Below are positions 1-52,767 of a stretch of DNA of 64,000 nt, in pieces. This DNA is from the human T2T-CHM13v2.0 reference genome, Homo sapiens. Made by a program: the position numbers and the translations under genes. The stretch lies in assembly GCF_009914755.1 (NCBI RefSeq), contig NC_060926.1; one strand, written 5' to 3'. The notes under the pieces are model-generated. The model was not told the DNA's origin. It saw only the letters and a program-made list of their open reading frames with translations, and searched no databases. Position 1 is the stretch's first letter, and each line of letters begins with the position of its first letter.

Positions 1-2434
1 AAACTGGTTAAAATAGTCTCTTAATTTTTCAAGAAAATGTGAGTATATTCATGAATAGATCCTCCTGCAGGCTGAGACTCAGTGAGAGTAGCTCAAAATT
101 AGTTAGGATAAAGTCTGTAAACTAAGCAACCAAAGCATTACTCAGGCTTAGGAACACAAGAGAAATTCTATTTTCCATTCATGGAATCATCCCCTCCCCA
201 CCCTCAAATCCTCTTTCCTAACCGTTCACTGTGCACAAGACCTCAGTGGGCTCTCTTCCCTGGCTCTAATCTCTTGTCCCATAGTCCAAGGTGACCAGAA
301 GTAGCCAGCCACCCTAGCAATACAATCATAAACCAGACTCAGGATCCCATCTCCTGCTGGTGTGGGAGTGAACTAACTCAACAGATTCTCCCTACACACC
401 TTCCCCAATGTATCTAACCGGCTACATTTAAGCCTTGCAGACCCATATTAGCCCTTATTTAAAGGAAAGGATTGCTGGGCTAGACCTACTTTGTTACTGT
501 AGTAAAATACTGTAGCAAAATAAAATTACTATTTTAACTTTTAAAGTATACAATTCAGTGGCATTTAGTGCATTCACAAGGTGTACAACCATCACCACTA
601 TCTAGTTCAGAACATTTTAATCACCTAAAATATATCTTGTAGCCAATAGCAATCACACCTCCATTACCCCCAGCTGGCAACCAGAATTTTGCTTTCTAAT
701 CATTTACCAAAGCAGTTAACATTGCTTAGGCTACTACAGCTAATACTTCTACTCACTGAGAAAAGCCAATTATTTCAATGACTCAAAAGGGCTTTTGTGT
801 AAGATTTTGAGTATTAACATCTAGATTCAAGTCATTATATCCCCGTTTACTTTGTTAAACTTGGGCAGATCAAAAAAATCTGGGTCTCTCATCCCCAATT
901 TGTGAAACGGAATGATTATACAGCCTTCGCGCCTCCACCACAAGTGCTGATCATTCCTTGACCTTATTTTTTCATCTTATAGTGGAATTCATAAAAGCTA
1001 AAAGATTCAGATTATATTACTCAAAGACTAAAGACTCCCTAATCAATTTTCAGTTCCTCTTAAGAATTTAGGAAATAGTCTGCCTCATATTTAGAAAGAA
1101 GGCTTAGCCATTTCTCCGTTGCTTCCCTTCTAAGCTCAAATTAACCTACTGACTTTTTAAAGCTAACCATCTGCCTGAACTTGTATTGTCTGGCATACTA
1201 AGTGCACTTGATAGAAGCTGGAATAAATGACTGAAATATCCAAGAAGCCAAATCGTTGCAAGTGACACTTCTGATATGGTTTTTGTAGAAACTGAAGGTT
1301 TTTTGGTTTAAAATTGTCATTATTTCTTTGAATTTCTAAGCTGCAACGAAAATAATCTTATCTACTTTACATTCATGCTTTGTGACATCAAAAATCAAAT
1401 ATTTTAAATGGAAATCAATGGATAATAAAATTTGTTTTGAATATATACACACATAGTACAACTAAGTCAGATTCTGCAGATTATCTGGGATATCAGTATT
1501 TTTTAAAAGTTCCCCACATGATCCTTTTTGCTAGTCATGAAATCATCTCCCCACAAAATAAAACGTTACTCTCCTAACTGTCGAGAAGCACTGCTAAATA
1601 TCCCCGTGCAGCACCGGCATTATCTATCTACCTTGTTTTTCTTCCCCTACTCTCCGAAGAAAAGGGTGTTTCACATAAAGTCACATCCAAAAATCACCTT
1701 AATAACCTAAACTTCACAATCGTTAAGTTGTAATCAAGTTTCACACTCCCAAGCTATACCACTGGTATTGTTATTTAATAAGCTATACTAAAATTATGGT
1801 AACAACGAAAGTCTTTCAGGCCATTTACTGTTTTCCGGGCTCTCATTAAACTATGATTACTTCCCAGAAAAAAAAAAAAAATAACATTGCTTCTTAATTT
1901 CTTTTGGTATTACTAGGGAGAAAAAAAAGGAAAAAATAAATGATGACCAGATTACAATTATCAACTCAACTCAAAGCAAACCTTTCAAGGTTGCTCTGTA
2001 GCTTAGCCTGATTACTGTGTCACCCCACAAGGGAGCTGTCAAAGTTTCCAAATCAGAGACTGCCACTAATTCAGTAATTTTACTTTATTAGCAGTTCTGT
2101 ATCACTTACAAGGGTTTAATGTATACAGTAGAGATGATTTCTAAGTTACATATAAATAAGCTTTCTGCTCTTAAAAATTAAACGACCCTAGAGTTGATTT
2201 TAAATGTTCTCACCACAAAAAATAAGTATGTAAGGCAGTGGATATGTTAATTAACTTGATTTAGCCATTCCATAATGTATACATTATACCCCATATATGT
2301 AATTTTTGCCCATTAAATTTTAGAAACTCTTAAACGAGCCATTAACAAATCAACACACAATACTTTCAGTAAGTGTCCATAAATATTACATCTATGTCTA
2401 AACTTTGTGGTATCTGACAGAAGAGTACAAGGTA

Positions 2435-2560
2435 CAGTCTCTTGCCTGTAATCCCAGCACTTTGGGAGGCTAAAGTGGGAGGATCATTTGAGGCCAAGAG
2501 TTTAAGGCCAGCCTGGACAACATAGCAAGACCCCCATCTCTACAAAACAAAAAGTTTAAA
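2435..2560 (+). mobile_element. Alu left monomer (FLAM/AluJ-like)
   Basis: GCCTGTAATCCCAGCACTTTGGGAGG...CATCTCTACAAAA with no right arm. Confidence 0.8.
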
Positions 2561-2640
2561 CATAAAAGAGTTACAAAAAAAATAAAGCCTACGGTTGGCA
2601 AAAAGACAAAGATAAATCATGTTTAAAATAGGGCCTTTTT

Positions 2641-2966
<326 letters not shown>

Positions 2967-4903
2967 TCAGTGCTTTCATTTGATTGTGCTGTTTGTAGAT
3001 TAAACTGCTAAAGATGAGATTTAGGCAAATGGAGACCCTTAAAATACATAGGTTGTGTTTTCAAACTCAAAAGAGAACTCTGAAGATGGGTGTATTTTGC
3101 ACGAAATACCAAACTAGCCTATGCTCAAGGTGGTTTCCACTGTGTATTCCATTTTTCTCTACTAGGTAGTTTCCCTCAAGACAGCAAAATGGCTATAACA
3201 GTCCCAGGCCTAACCTTACACAGGCAGACCACACCCCTTAGCGAGAGCACTTCCTCATCCATTCTTCAACAAATCCTAGGTGTCATTCTCTTTGGATCAA
3301 CCTAGGTTACCTGTTCAACACAGAATCAGATTATTACCTTGTTTACAGCAATGGTTCCCCACCCAATCTGATATCCTTTTACTCTGCTGAAATAAAATTC
3401 CTAGATAATACCTACCTACACACAGACACACACAACTTAAAGAAAAACCAAATAAAACTCTTAATTGTTAAGGGAGAAATAAAATTTACGATAAAATGTA
3501 CGTTGTAATACATAAATACTCAGGTACGGCTACAACAGAAGACAGAGATGAATGTGACAGCTACAAATGAAAACTGACCCTTGTGTATTATAATGGCAAT
3601 CCCAATAATATGTTGATGATATAATTTTCCAAAATGGCGAACAACTCTTGAAAGCATTCTAAACATTATTTCCTTGATTTATAAGGTAGTTGTATTGCTA
3701 AAAATTCAGTGTACTGCATATTAAAACCACACAAAAATATTTTGCATTAATATATTAAAAAGTCAGACTCGAGGATCAGATCATTATAAACAGGTTTTTT
3801 ACCTATTTAAGTATCTGATAGGAAATCAGAAAGTCATGCAGGACAAGGGATAATTCTTCCTGGTCCTACCCATCAAATTGTTTGCAGTGTCCCCTAACCA
3901 CTGAAGAAACACCCCTACAAACTGTCAAAATACCCCTCTAGGAGGACCTGCTGCCCTTATTAAGAGGTACTAAGAGTGATGAGGCTAAGTCAATGAGGCT
4001 CACTCAAACCTTGATTACTGCTACAAAATAGGGGAGGGTGGAATGGAGGATAGAGAAAACAATATCCAACATTACTACCTTCCTCATTTATAAATTAAAA
4101 CTAAGAGAATTTCAAGTGTTCCCTCGAATGAAGGGCTTTCTATGAAAGTAACTAGTAAAGCAAAGTCCATTTTGTTTGTTCAAGTTCAAAAAAACATTAG
4201 AACTAAGATCCCTAGAAGACGGTATTTTGCTAAATAAAATATATTAGGTTTTAATCAACATTTGAATCCATTTGATGGAAATGCTACGTTTTAGGCAAAA
4301 GCAATGATACTACGGATTAAATATCCATTATTTTAAATCCCAAATATCCACAGATTTAATATCCCAAATAATTTCTTTGGTTTAAACAGTATTCATGCCT
4401 GCACATTCACTTACTTTTTGGTTGACACTGAAAATCATCATGAGCAGAGCCGCAGTACTATGAAGAGAAAGGCCACAGTGGACTAAAAGTCTCTTAGACC
4501 AAACAACCATATGGAGATAGGAAGTTCATCGCTGTTATCTTACAAGCACTTTTGTTACCTTTAAGTGAAGCAAAGCTCCTTGTGCTTCAGATTCCTAAGT
4601 ATGGGAGAATGTTCTACAATCAAAATTTCTTTATTCCAGAGAAAGTATCACTGATAGCTACTTTGCAGTTCTGTAGCAGCCTATCTGTAAAGAAAATATG
4701 AAACAACTCACCCCATTTAGTCATTTTTTTCCCCTCTTCTCAGTTCTGTTCAAGACATAGTTGAGATAACCAAATCACTAGGATGTTTGCAAAGTCTCAT
4801 GTTGGCTGCAGCTGCAAATATTTTTATTTGGTGAGGTAACACCTTCAGCAGGAGAATAAGGATTTTAAAAGGCAGCTCATATTCCATAACTCAGTTTGGC
4901 AGA

Positions 4904-4909
4904 TTTATT
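4904..4909 (-). terminator. Candidate distal polyadenylation signal AATAAA
   Basis: TTTATT on + strand, ~2.2 kb past the stop codon. Which signal is used cannot be read from sequence. Confidence 0.45.
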
Positions 4910-6089
4910 ATCAAATGTGTAGTAGGATTTGGATACAGAGATGGGATTTCAATATTTTTTTTAAAAACTCAAAGCTAGTATTATTTCTTTACAGTTCTTA
5001 AATCTGCTTTTTCTAGTTCTTCTAAAAGCATAAAGATAGCACAGAGAAGAATGTTGCCAAGGCTAAGGAAAGAGAGAGTATTCACAAAGCAAACTTCATT
5101 AACAGCAGTCATGCCTAAGTAAACTATCAAAAACATTAGTGACAGCAGCAGTATAGGGCTTACACACCAGTGTATAAATCTATCAGCAAGGCCCAACTTA
5201 CCAACTAGTTTACTCCCAAACAATTCACTTATTTTGGTGGAGAGAGAGCCTTACAGATAAAAATCATTTCTACACATCTAAACTAATTAAAATCTAAATG
5301 AAATAAGTCCTGCCAACACCTACAGGTTTATTTCTTAAAATCTTAGGCATTAAAAAGTCTGTAATTCTGACAACCCACATTAATTTTCAGAGGAGGAAGG
5401 AACGTAGACAACTATTACATAAACCAAAATTAAGGTATTTCAATTTTTCAAAAGAGGTAGAAAAGTATTTATAGGGGAAAAAAAGCTTTATTGTAAAGTT
5501 AGATAAACTTAGGTATTAAATTGGCAATGAATAAGAAACATACATAGCCCAGTATCGAACACAGTTCACACAGTTACCCTTGGCATAACTTACTGGGTTC
5601 TGTGATAAGGGTCTAAAATACTTCTAGATTAAATTTAATTTTTTCTTTATCTTTAGAGGGCTAAATGCTGGTCCACTGCCATCAAAATGAGGGGAAATAA
5701 ATGTTAATGTGTGTTTAGTTTCCATCTAAACTTCCTATTAAACAGCTCTAAAATTGTAAATGCCTGCCTTATTTCTAAAAGGATTTTTTATATTAAAATT
5801 TAAAATAAAGTCTTTACAAAAGATCTAAATGGAACTTTCATTTACAAATTTGTTTAAAAGTGTCAGGATTACAAAACTGATATTGTCAACTACTGATATC
5901 AGTTATTCTAGGTAGATGACACATATTCTCCCTTCTTTTAAAGATGAAAACAAAATGGCCACATCAGTTTTTCTATTGTAAAAAAGCTGTGAACTTGGTA
6001 ACAATCGTGCTATAGTCTCTTAATACCATGTTTGGTCCTTAAATCTTACTTGCCTATGTATAAAATCTATTATCTTAAAAAGAAAAAAA

Positions 6090-6260
6090 AAACAGATCCA
6101 GTGGGAGAAAGAATGTTTAATAAATGGTATTGAGACAAATAGCTATCTGTTTGGAATAAAAATAAAATTAGATCCTTAAATCTTGTACCATATAGAAAAA
6201 TACATATTACTGATGGATCCAAGAGTTAAAAAATAAAAATGTAAATATCCAAAATTCTAC
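6090..6260 (+). mobile_element. Ancient L1M fragment inside the 3'UTR
   Basis: Resembles the L1 ORF2 3' region (...AATAAATGGTATTGAGACAAATAGCTATC...AAAATTAGATCC). Confidence 0.55.
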
Positions 6261-7094
6261 ATACAATTTTAGGGGGTACACAGATTCTCTGAAGCCCACC
6301 CATGGATCCCAGATTATTATCTATAAGAGGAACTGTTAATTATAACCTCTATTAAAATCTCAATGCCAAATACTAGCTGTATTTAAGTCACATGCAACAA
6401 ATGAAAATGAACACATTAACTCATTGTTATAACTTTATAAAATCTCCAAACTGGACTAGAAACAGAGGCATGTCAATACAAATGGACAGTGACTTAAAAA
6501 AAAATACACCAATTTAAATAAGTTTGAATGCATACTGTACACGTGTATCCATGTCTGTTAGCCTTTCAGAAATATAAAATCAGTTAAATCTGTAGTACTT
6601 AAAATTCAACATATGTAACGTTATTCTCAAACTTCATTAAAATAATAAATATACAAGTTATGTTTAATATGAGTAACTGCAACATACTTAAACATCTAAA
6701 CATATAATAGGAATTCTATATTAAAATGCAATACTTTCACCTGCATTAATCTCTTACACAATGAAAAAATACTTGCAGATAATTAGCATTAAGAATGCAA
6801 ATATATTTTTACTGTGGAAGAAAAATTCCAGTAATAAGGTTAGAAATCATATATCTGTATAATCTACAATGAAGCTGTAGATAGTCTACATTATGATATT
6901 CTATCTTAAAATGAAAACAATTCAATATTTAAGCTTACAACAAATTTACTCAAGGCAAAATATGTTTATTACAGAACAGGATCTTAAAGTAAGCAAGGCA
7001 ACATGAGATCAACCATTTTAGATTTTTTTTTAATGAAGTGTAGCTTTGAAATTGTAATAAAGGTGAACATAAATTCTAACATGCTCTTCTCTTC

Positions 7095-45539
<38,445 letters not shown>

Positions 45540-47480
45540 GGCGGCGGCCGGAGGGACCGGCTGGCAGGCGGGTGGGGGTGGCGGTGGGGCGCGCGCCTCG
45601 GATGCCGCCGGCCAGTCCTCGCCGCCGGCAGCGCCTCTTCTGCGAGGGTCTCCGCGGCCCGGCCGTCCGCGGGGACTGCGCGGCCAGGAGACTGGCGGCT
45701 GAGAAGCGCGGACGGACTGAGGGGGGCGCCCCGGGAGGAAGCTCTGGAGCGGCCGCTCCTCTCAATTACCGAGCCAACATTCAGCCTCTCCCTCCTCCTC
45801 CTCCGTCTCCGCTCCCTGCCCGGAGGAGCGAATCTAAGGATGGGGACGCAACCGTGGCTTCCGGTCTTCCCTCCTCCCCTAAGCCGCTCCCAGCCGCGCA
45901 GGCCGAGCCTCCGCCCCCGCCTTCGCGGCCGTCGCGCAGGATCGAATCCAGCCGCAGCCTGCGGGAAGCGCCCCCCCCGGCCCGGGTTCTGCTCCCTATT
46001 GGCAGGGGCGGGAAAGTCGACCGGGCTTCCCATTGGCTGTGAGGGCCGTTCGTCAAAAGCCGCCCGCTGCTCGACCTCACTTCTCTCCCCGCGCCTTCTG
46101 AACTCGCCGCGGTCCTGGGAGGCCCGGCGCGCAAGGCGCGCCGCCTGGGAGTAGTTGCGACCCGCAACCGTTGGCGCTATGCGGCTCCTACCCGAGGCCA
46201 GGCGTGGAGTGAACACGGACGAGCGACGAGAAGTGCGGAGAGGCTAGGGCTGCGGGTGTTAACCGCCCTGCCGCTAATTTAAATGCTTTTTATCACCTCT
46301 TAAAAAGAGAATGAGGAAAAAAACCTCTAAAATCCCTGCAGTCATACCCCCCGAAAAGCCCTAAAATTGCAGGCGATGAAGGGAGAAAACGGCTTGGAGC
46401 CATGAGAATGGTCTTTCCACTGTTTTGTGTGCAAAATCTGGTAGAAGTGGGCGGACCCTCCCGCCCCTAGCTGGGTGTTGGAGAACAGCTGTCAGCATTG
46501 ACTGAAGGCTGCGAGGCGCGCGTCGGCAGGAGGCGCTGCACGCGGGCGCTCGTCGGTCTGATCGGTTATAACTCGTTTGTAACCTGGGCCCTTTACTGAC
46601 TTGCCTGTCCCTGTAAGTCCCTGCTCCAGTTAAATATGTTTTAATCCTTCCATATAAAATCTCATCCTCCATCCCAATTCTTTCTCTTCTGGACAATGTA
46701 TTTACTTCACTTGATCATTTATTGTCGAAAGATACAAAAGCCTTTCAAAGTTCTGTGATCACAGCTTGCTTCCTCTGTGGTGTCCTGAGGGCTTTTCCAA
46801 GATTTTAGTTGCTGCTCTCTTTTTGCAACAGGGCCCCTTATAACTCCCTCTTAAGATGTTCTGTTTTAAAAACTCTGTGAGCGCCTGAAGACAGGAACTG
46901 TGTGCAATTTTCATTTTCGCAAGCCCAGTTCCTGTGCGATCTCCAGCACAATTTAGGTGCTCAACAATGCTGAATGAGTAGTCCTTGGGAAATAAAGGTC
47001 CAGTGTATCTTTCAGGACAGAAACTGGCAAATCAAGGCAACCTAACTGCCCTCTGTCAGGTGCCTCTTGGAGGACTGCCTGAGATCAAGAGCCTCTTGTG
47101 TTTCTGTTGTCCTTGTCCCTCGGATGCTTTCCTAGATGTGGCTCTTCCTTTCCTAAGAGTGTAGATTGCTTCCTCCTCCAGCCTAGTTCTCTCCAAAGTT
47201 ATTTCCTCCTCCAAAAAAGCTATTTTTATTTATTGCTGAGAGTGCTTTAACATAACACTTTTGTACTTTGTAAATTACACCGCCTGTCATTTTGGAATCT
47301 AATTGCAAGATTTTCCACACTATGCAGCTATAATCAAATGTGTGTGCGGCTGCAGGTATACATTGACAAAACAGAACTAAAAAAATTATAAATTTATTTT
47401 TTAAATTAAAATGGAAGTCGACAGAAGAAATAGCAAAAGAGTGGCAGAGCTGGCTGCGGATGAGAAAATGTCATTGGCAA

Positions 47481-48014
47481 AAAGCTCTGCAATGGTTTGG
47501 GAAAGTAAAATAGCAACAAGGGAAACAATGATACAATTCTGCTTAAAATATGTCCTATGGATTCATATGTCCCCTAACATATTCAGAATGCAGACATTAC
47601 CTGGCCTTCAGAAAGCTGAAGATACCAAGGGTCAAAAAAAAGGTCTAACAAACCTACTTCACGTGTTATCTTTAGCATCCATTGTCCTTTTTATAGCAGT
47701 CTCAGTATCAAAGATCAGGAAAGGATGAGTGAATTAATAAACTTGATACAAAGGAAACTTCTTTGATGAGGTGAGATGGGCCATTCTCAAGATATTTTTA
47801 GTTTGCTCAAATTAAAAGAGAAGAGCTGAGAGCTTAAAACAATTATTTTTTAGGAGAAAGAAAACAATAGAATATTATGTGAAATAATTGAGTGTGATGA
47901 GAAGCACTAAATATCTTTTTGTTAAGTATGAGCAACTACCTGTTAATTTTGTTTTATGTACATTTTCATATGCTAGGTGAATTTAGTTTGGTAAATTCTA
48001 TTCACTCACAACTG
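47481..48014 (+). repeat. Left arm of long inverted repeat (partner 51508-52055)
   Basis: Hand alignment to the reverse complement of 51508-52055; 39-nt perfect core 47698-47736 / 51799-51837. Confidence 0.93.
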
Positions 48015-49103
48015 GATTTACTAGGCCTTATACAAACTTTCCAAATATTTCTTGTGAAGATGCAAATATTTTAAATTCTCAAAGCCCTGCATTCAACCTA
48101 TGGATTATACCACATTACAATGCAACTGTCACACCAATGGGTAAGGAAATCCAGCCTTGCCAAACCTAGGGCTGCTGTGCTCAGCGTTCACAAACAGCAG
48201 GTGGAATTCAATATGTACCAGTATTAAACTTTGTTCTTTTTGTAAGTAGCCCAGTTGAGTAAAAAAAAAAATATTGAGGGAGTAAAACTTAGAAAGCATT
48301 TTTAAAGGACACCAATCAGTTCGTTAACCATGGGTGAAATGCGAGCTTGTTGCAGATGAGTTGTTCAGACAGTGACAGTAGGTCCTTTGATAAGGAAAAT
48401 ACTAGCTAGCTCATCACCAGGGCATGAGGAGCTAAAGAGAGAGGACATAAATTATACTCTACATTATTTCACTTAGGTGAGACAAAGAAATTACACACTG
48501 CCCAGTAGCCAGAAATACCTAAGAAAAGCAGAAACAGCTCCTAAATGCCATGACTGTCTGGAACCTCTCATGCATTACGGCCTCAGACCTTTGACTATTT
48601 TCTGAACATTTGATTGAATTCGCTGCTGTCAAGTAGGCAGCAGCCAAGAGCTCCCATTGCCACAGCTCAAAGGGGACTCCAGCTATACTGGAGTAGGAGA
48701 CAGGCTTAGGGCAGGCCTAGGGAAATTGAGAGTCAAGGGCCTTTATAATCAATCCAGCCTCAAATTGCCCTTTAGTTTTAAATCTCGTTACTGATCTATA
48801 AAATTTATAAGACATTGTGCTAGGTGATGAGAGGACTACGTGAGCTGGTCCCTGCCCTCTCAAAGCTTGCAATCAAGTTGTGGAAACAAGGCTCATACCC
48901 AAGAGATAGGCTACAAGCATCCATATGTAATAATACATATACAATAATTAATAGCCACATTTAATGTGCCAGTCACTGTGCTAACCACTGAAAGGGTTTT
49001 GTCAATAAATTCTGACAGAAGCCTTCTACCAGAGGCATTATTATTACTCTTCCCAGTATACAATTAAAGAAACAGTCTAGGGGAGATTAAGAAACCTGCC
49101 TTA

Positions 49104-49381
49104 GGCTGGGCACAGAGGGAGGCAGAGGCACACAGATCACTTGAGCCCAGGAGTTTGAGACCAGCCTAGGCAACGTGGCAAGACCCTGTTTCCACAAAAA
49201 TTGTAAAAATTAGCCTGGAATGGTGGTGCGTGCCTGTAATCCCAGCCACTCAGGAGGATGAGGTGGGAGGATTGCCTGAGCCCAGGGAGGTCCAGGCTAC
49301 AGTGAGCCGTGACTGCACCACTACACTCTAGCCTGGGTGTTGGAGTGAAACCCTGTTTCAAAAAAAAGAAAAGAAAAAAAA
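49104..49381 (+). mobile_element. AluJ inserted in a MIR
   Basis: Diverged dimer; TSD ~GAAACCTGCC; MIR-like flanks at ~48945-49100 and ~49385-49460. Confidence 0.85.
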
Positions 49382-49576
49382 GGAAACCTGCCCTAGAGCT
49401 GCAGTTAATAAATTGAAAAGCCAGGACTGGAACCCAAGCAATCGGGTTCCAGAGCCAGTACTCGTCATCAGAAGACTGATGATTTAATTATTGTGTTATT
49501 TATTACCATGGACATACAGATCTAATTTATAGTCACTTATTATATAATGATGCTAATTCATTCACTGATTTCTCCT

Positions 49577-49886
<310 letters not shown>

Positions 49887-50041
49887 TCATTCACTAATTT
49901 ATACCTGGGTTTATGTAGCTATAATCCTGGGAAGGATTGAATACGTTATAGTTTTCATCATTTGCATTTGTATAAGGAAATTCAATTTACTTCCACAGGA
50001 AATTACAAATATAATGCACTGTTTTAGTGTTAATTTTTTAC

Positions 50042-50333
50042 TTTTTTTATTTTTATTTTTTTAGACAGGGTCTTGCTCTGTCACCCAGGCTGGAGTGCAG
50101 TGGCATGATCTAGGCTCACTGCAACCTCCGCCTCCTGATTCTTGTGCCTCAGGCTCCCAAGTAGCTAGGATTACAGGCTTGTGCCACCATGTCTGGTTAA
50201 TTTTTGTACTTTTAGTAGAGATGGGGTTTCACCATGTCGGCCAGACTGGTTGTGAACTCCTGGCCTCATGCAATGCACCCACCTCAGCCTCCCAAAGTGC
50301 TGGGATTACAGGCATGAGCCACTGTGCCTAGCC
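50042..50333 (-). mobile_element. AluS
   Basis: Reverse-strand Alu. Confidence 0.87.
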
Positions 50334-51022
50334 TTCAACTTAATTTCTGTAGAAAAAGCCCAGAAATTATGTGAAAAGTGTCACCATTTTCTGATGGATG
50401 CATTATTTGAATAACTAAAGATGCAAATTACAAGTTTTTCATACCCAAACTCAATTTCCAATATTGCTGCCATTTCATTGAATATGCAAAACTTTTGTTT
50501 CCTGCCTCAACTCCTGTTAAAGTCCAGTAAAACCTTCATGCACATCTTATTGTGAGTCACACTTCCAAAGGATTAGAGCCATAGAGGTGTGTTATGATTA
50601 AGACAACATACTTAACATGAAATCCAGCTATTCAGAGACAAATCAGTTAGTTTCTATGAAGTTTTGTTAAATCCAGAGTGCACTATTTCTGACGATGCCA
50701 CTTGTTTGACAGAGATCACTGAGAAAGAGTACTGTGGCACTGTTGCTGAAACTAGCCCCTTTAATTCAACCTATATTTGCTTAGTAATGGTCAAAAGAAG
50801 CCGCAGTTCCAGGAGGATGCACTCTGCAGGAAATGCCTCAAGCACTATTAGCTCAAGATGTAGTCGAGTGTAACCACAGTGGTCTACTCTATCAGCTGTC
50901 ATGCACAGCTGCTCTGGGAATCCAGCTGCCACAGTGTTTGACCTCTTTAAAAAAAAATTATGATAAATCTGCAAAAATAAAAGATTAACCTTAGAAGTAC
51001 TCACTCATATACCCGATAATGA

Positions 51023-51333
<311 letters not shown>

Positions 51334-51507
51334 AATTCAGGTTCTTGTTATTGGTTACAGCCATTTGACCTCAGTCTTAGAAATAATATTTAAATTATTT
51401 TCACTTTTCCCTCTGACTTGTGTGACTTGATATTGCTTTAGACATTTAAAAAATAATTTTAATACATTATAATTTAATAAAGAACGAAATGATAGCATTT
51501 CTGTCCA

Positions 51508-52055
51508 CAGTTGAGAGTGAATAGAATTTGCCAAATGAAATTCACCTTGCATATGAAAATATGGATAAAATTAACAAATAATTGCTCATACTTAACAACA
51601 AAAAGATATTAAGTGCTCTTGATCATTCCCAATTATTTCACAGAATATTCTATTGTTTTGTTTCTCCTAAAGAAAAATAATTCAATTTTAAGCTCCCAGC
51701 TCTTCTTTTCTGTCTCTTTTAATTTGAGCAAATTAAAAATACCTTGGGAAGGGTGCATCTCACCCCATCAAAGAAGTTTCCTTTGTAAGCAAGTTTACTA
51801 ATTCACTCATCCTTTCCTGATCTTTGATACTGAGACTACTACAAAAAGGACAACGGATGCTAAAGATCACACATGCAGTAGGTTTGTTAGACCTCAGTTT
51901 TTTCACCCTCCCTATCTTCAGCTTTCTGAAGCAGGCGATGTCTTTACATTCTGAATATGTTAGGGAACATTTGAATCAATAGGACATATTTTAAACAGAA
52001 TTGTATCATTGTTTCCCTTGTTGCTATTTACTTTCCAAAACTATTACAGTACTTT
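51508..52055 (-). repeat. Right arm of long inverted repeat (partner 47481-48014)
   Basis: Reverse complement aligns colinearly with the left arm, with ~50 substitutions and several small indels. Confidence 0.93.
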
Positions 52056-52093
52056 CCTCACCCTCACCCCTAAATCCAGAAAATTAATGTCAC

Positions 52094-52767
52094 TGTATTA
52101 GTCCATTTTCACACTGCTAATAAAGACATACCCAAGACTGAGAAGAAAAAGAGGTTTAATTGGACTTACAGTTCCACATGGCTGGTGAGGCCTCAGAATC
52201 ATGGTGGGAGGTGAAAGGCACTTCTTACATGGTGGCAGCAAGAGAAAATGAGGAAGAAGCAAAAGTGGAAACCCCTTATAAACCCATCAGATCTCATGAG
52301 ACTTATTCAGTATCATAAGAATAGCATGGGGTCAGGCATGGTGCCTCCTGCCAGTAATCCCAGCATTTTGGGAGGCCAAGGCAGACAGATCACATGAGGT
52401 CGGGAGTTCAAGACCAGCCTGGCTAACATGGTGAAACCACATCTCTACTAAAAATACAAAAGTAGCTGGGCATGGTGGCCTGCACCTGTAATCCCAGCTA
52501 CTCAGGAGACTGAGGCAGGAGAATCGCTTGAACCTGGGAGGCAGAGGTTGCAGTAAGCCGGGATCACACCATTGCACTACAGCTTGGGTGATAAAGTGAG
52601 ACTCTGTCTCAAAAAAAAAAAAAAAGAGGGAGAAAGAGAACAGCACGGGGAAAACTGGCCCCTATGATTCAATTACCTCCCCCTGGGTCCCTCCCACAAC
52701 ACATAGGAATTCTGGGAGACACAATTCAAGTTGAGATTTGGGTGGGGACACAGCCCAAACCATATCA
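52094..52767 (-). mobile_element. THE1-type MaLR solo LTR interrupted by an AluS (52331-52625, +)
   Basis: TGTATTAGTCCATTTTCACACTGCT...CCAAACCATATCA termini; TSD GTCAC/GTCAT. Confidence 0.88.

Larger units (their letters stand above)
4885..7094 (-). other. HNRNPLL: HNRNPLL 3'UTR (AU-rich; distal end approximate)
   Basis: Follows the stop codon. Minus-strand AATAAA at 6970-6965, 5492-5487, 5332-5327, 4909-4904 and ATTAAA at 6121-6116. Confidence 0.6.

Noticed and set aside
47411-47728. 105-aa ORF overlapping the left arm of the inverted repeat
   Set aside because: It has no recognisable domain, and the partner arm differs by frameshifting indels, so there is no sign of coding constraint.
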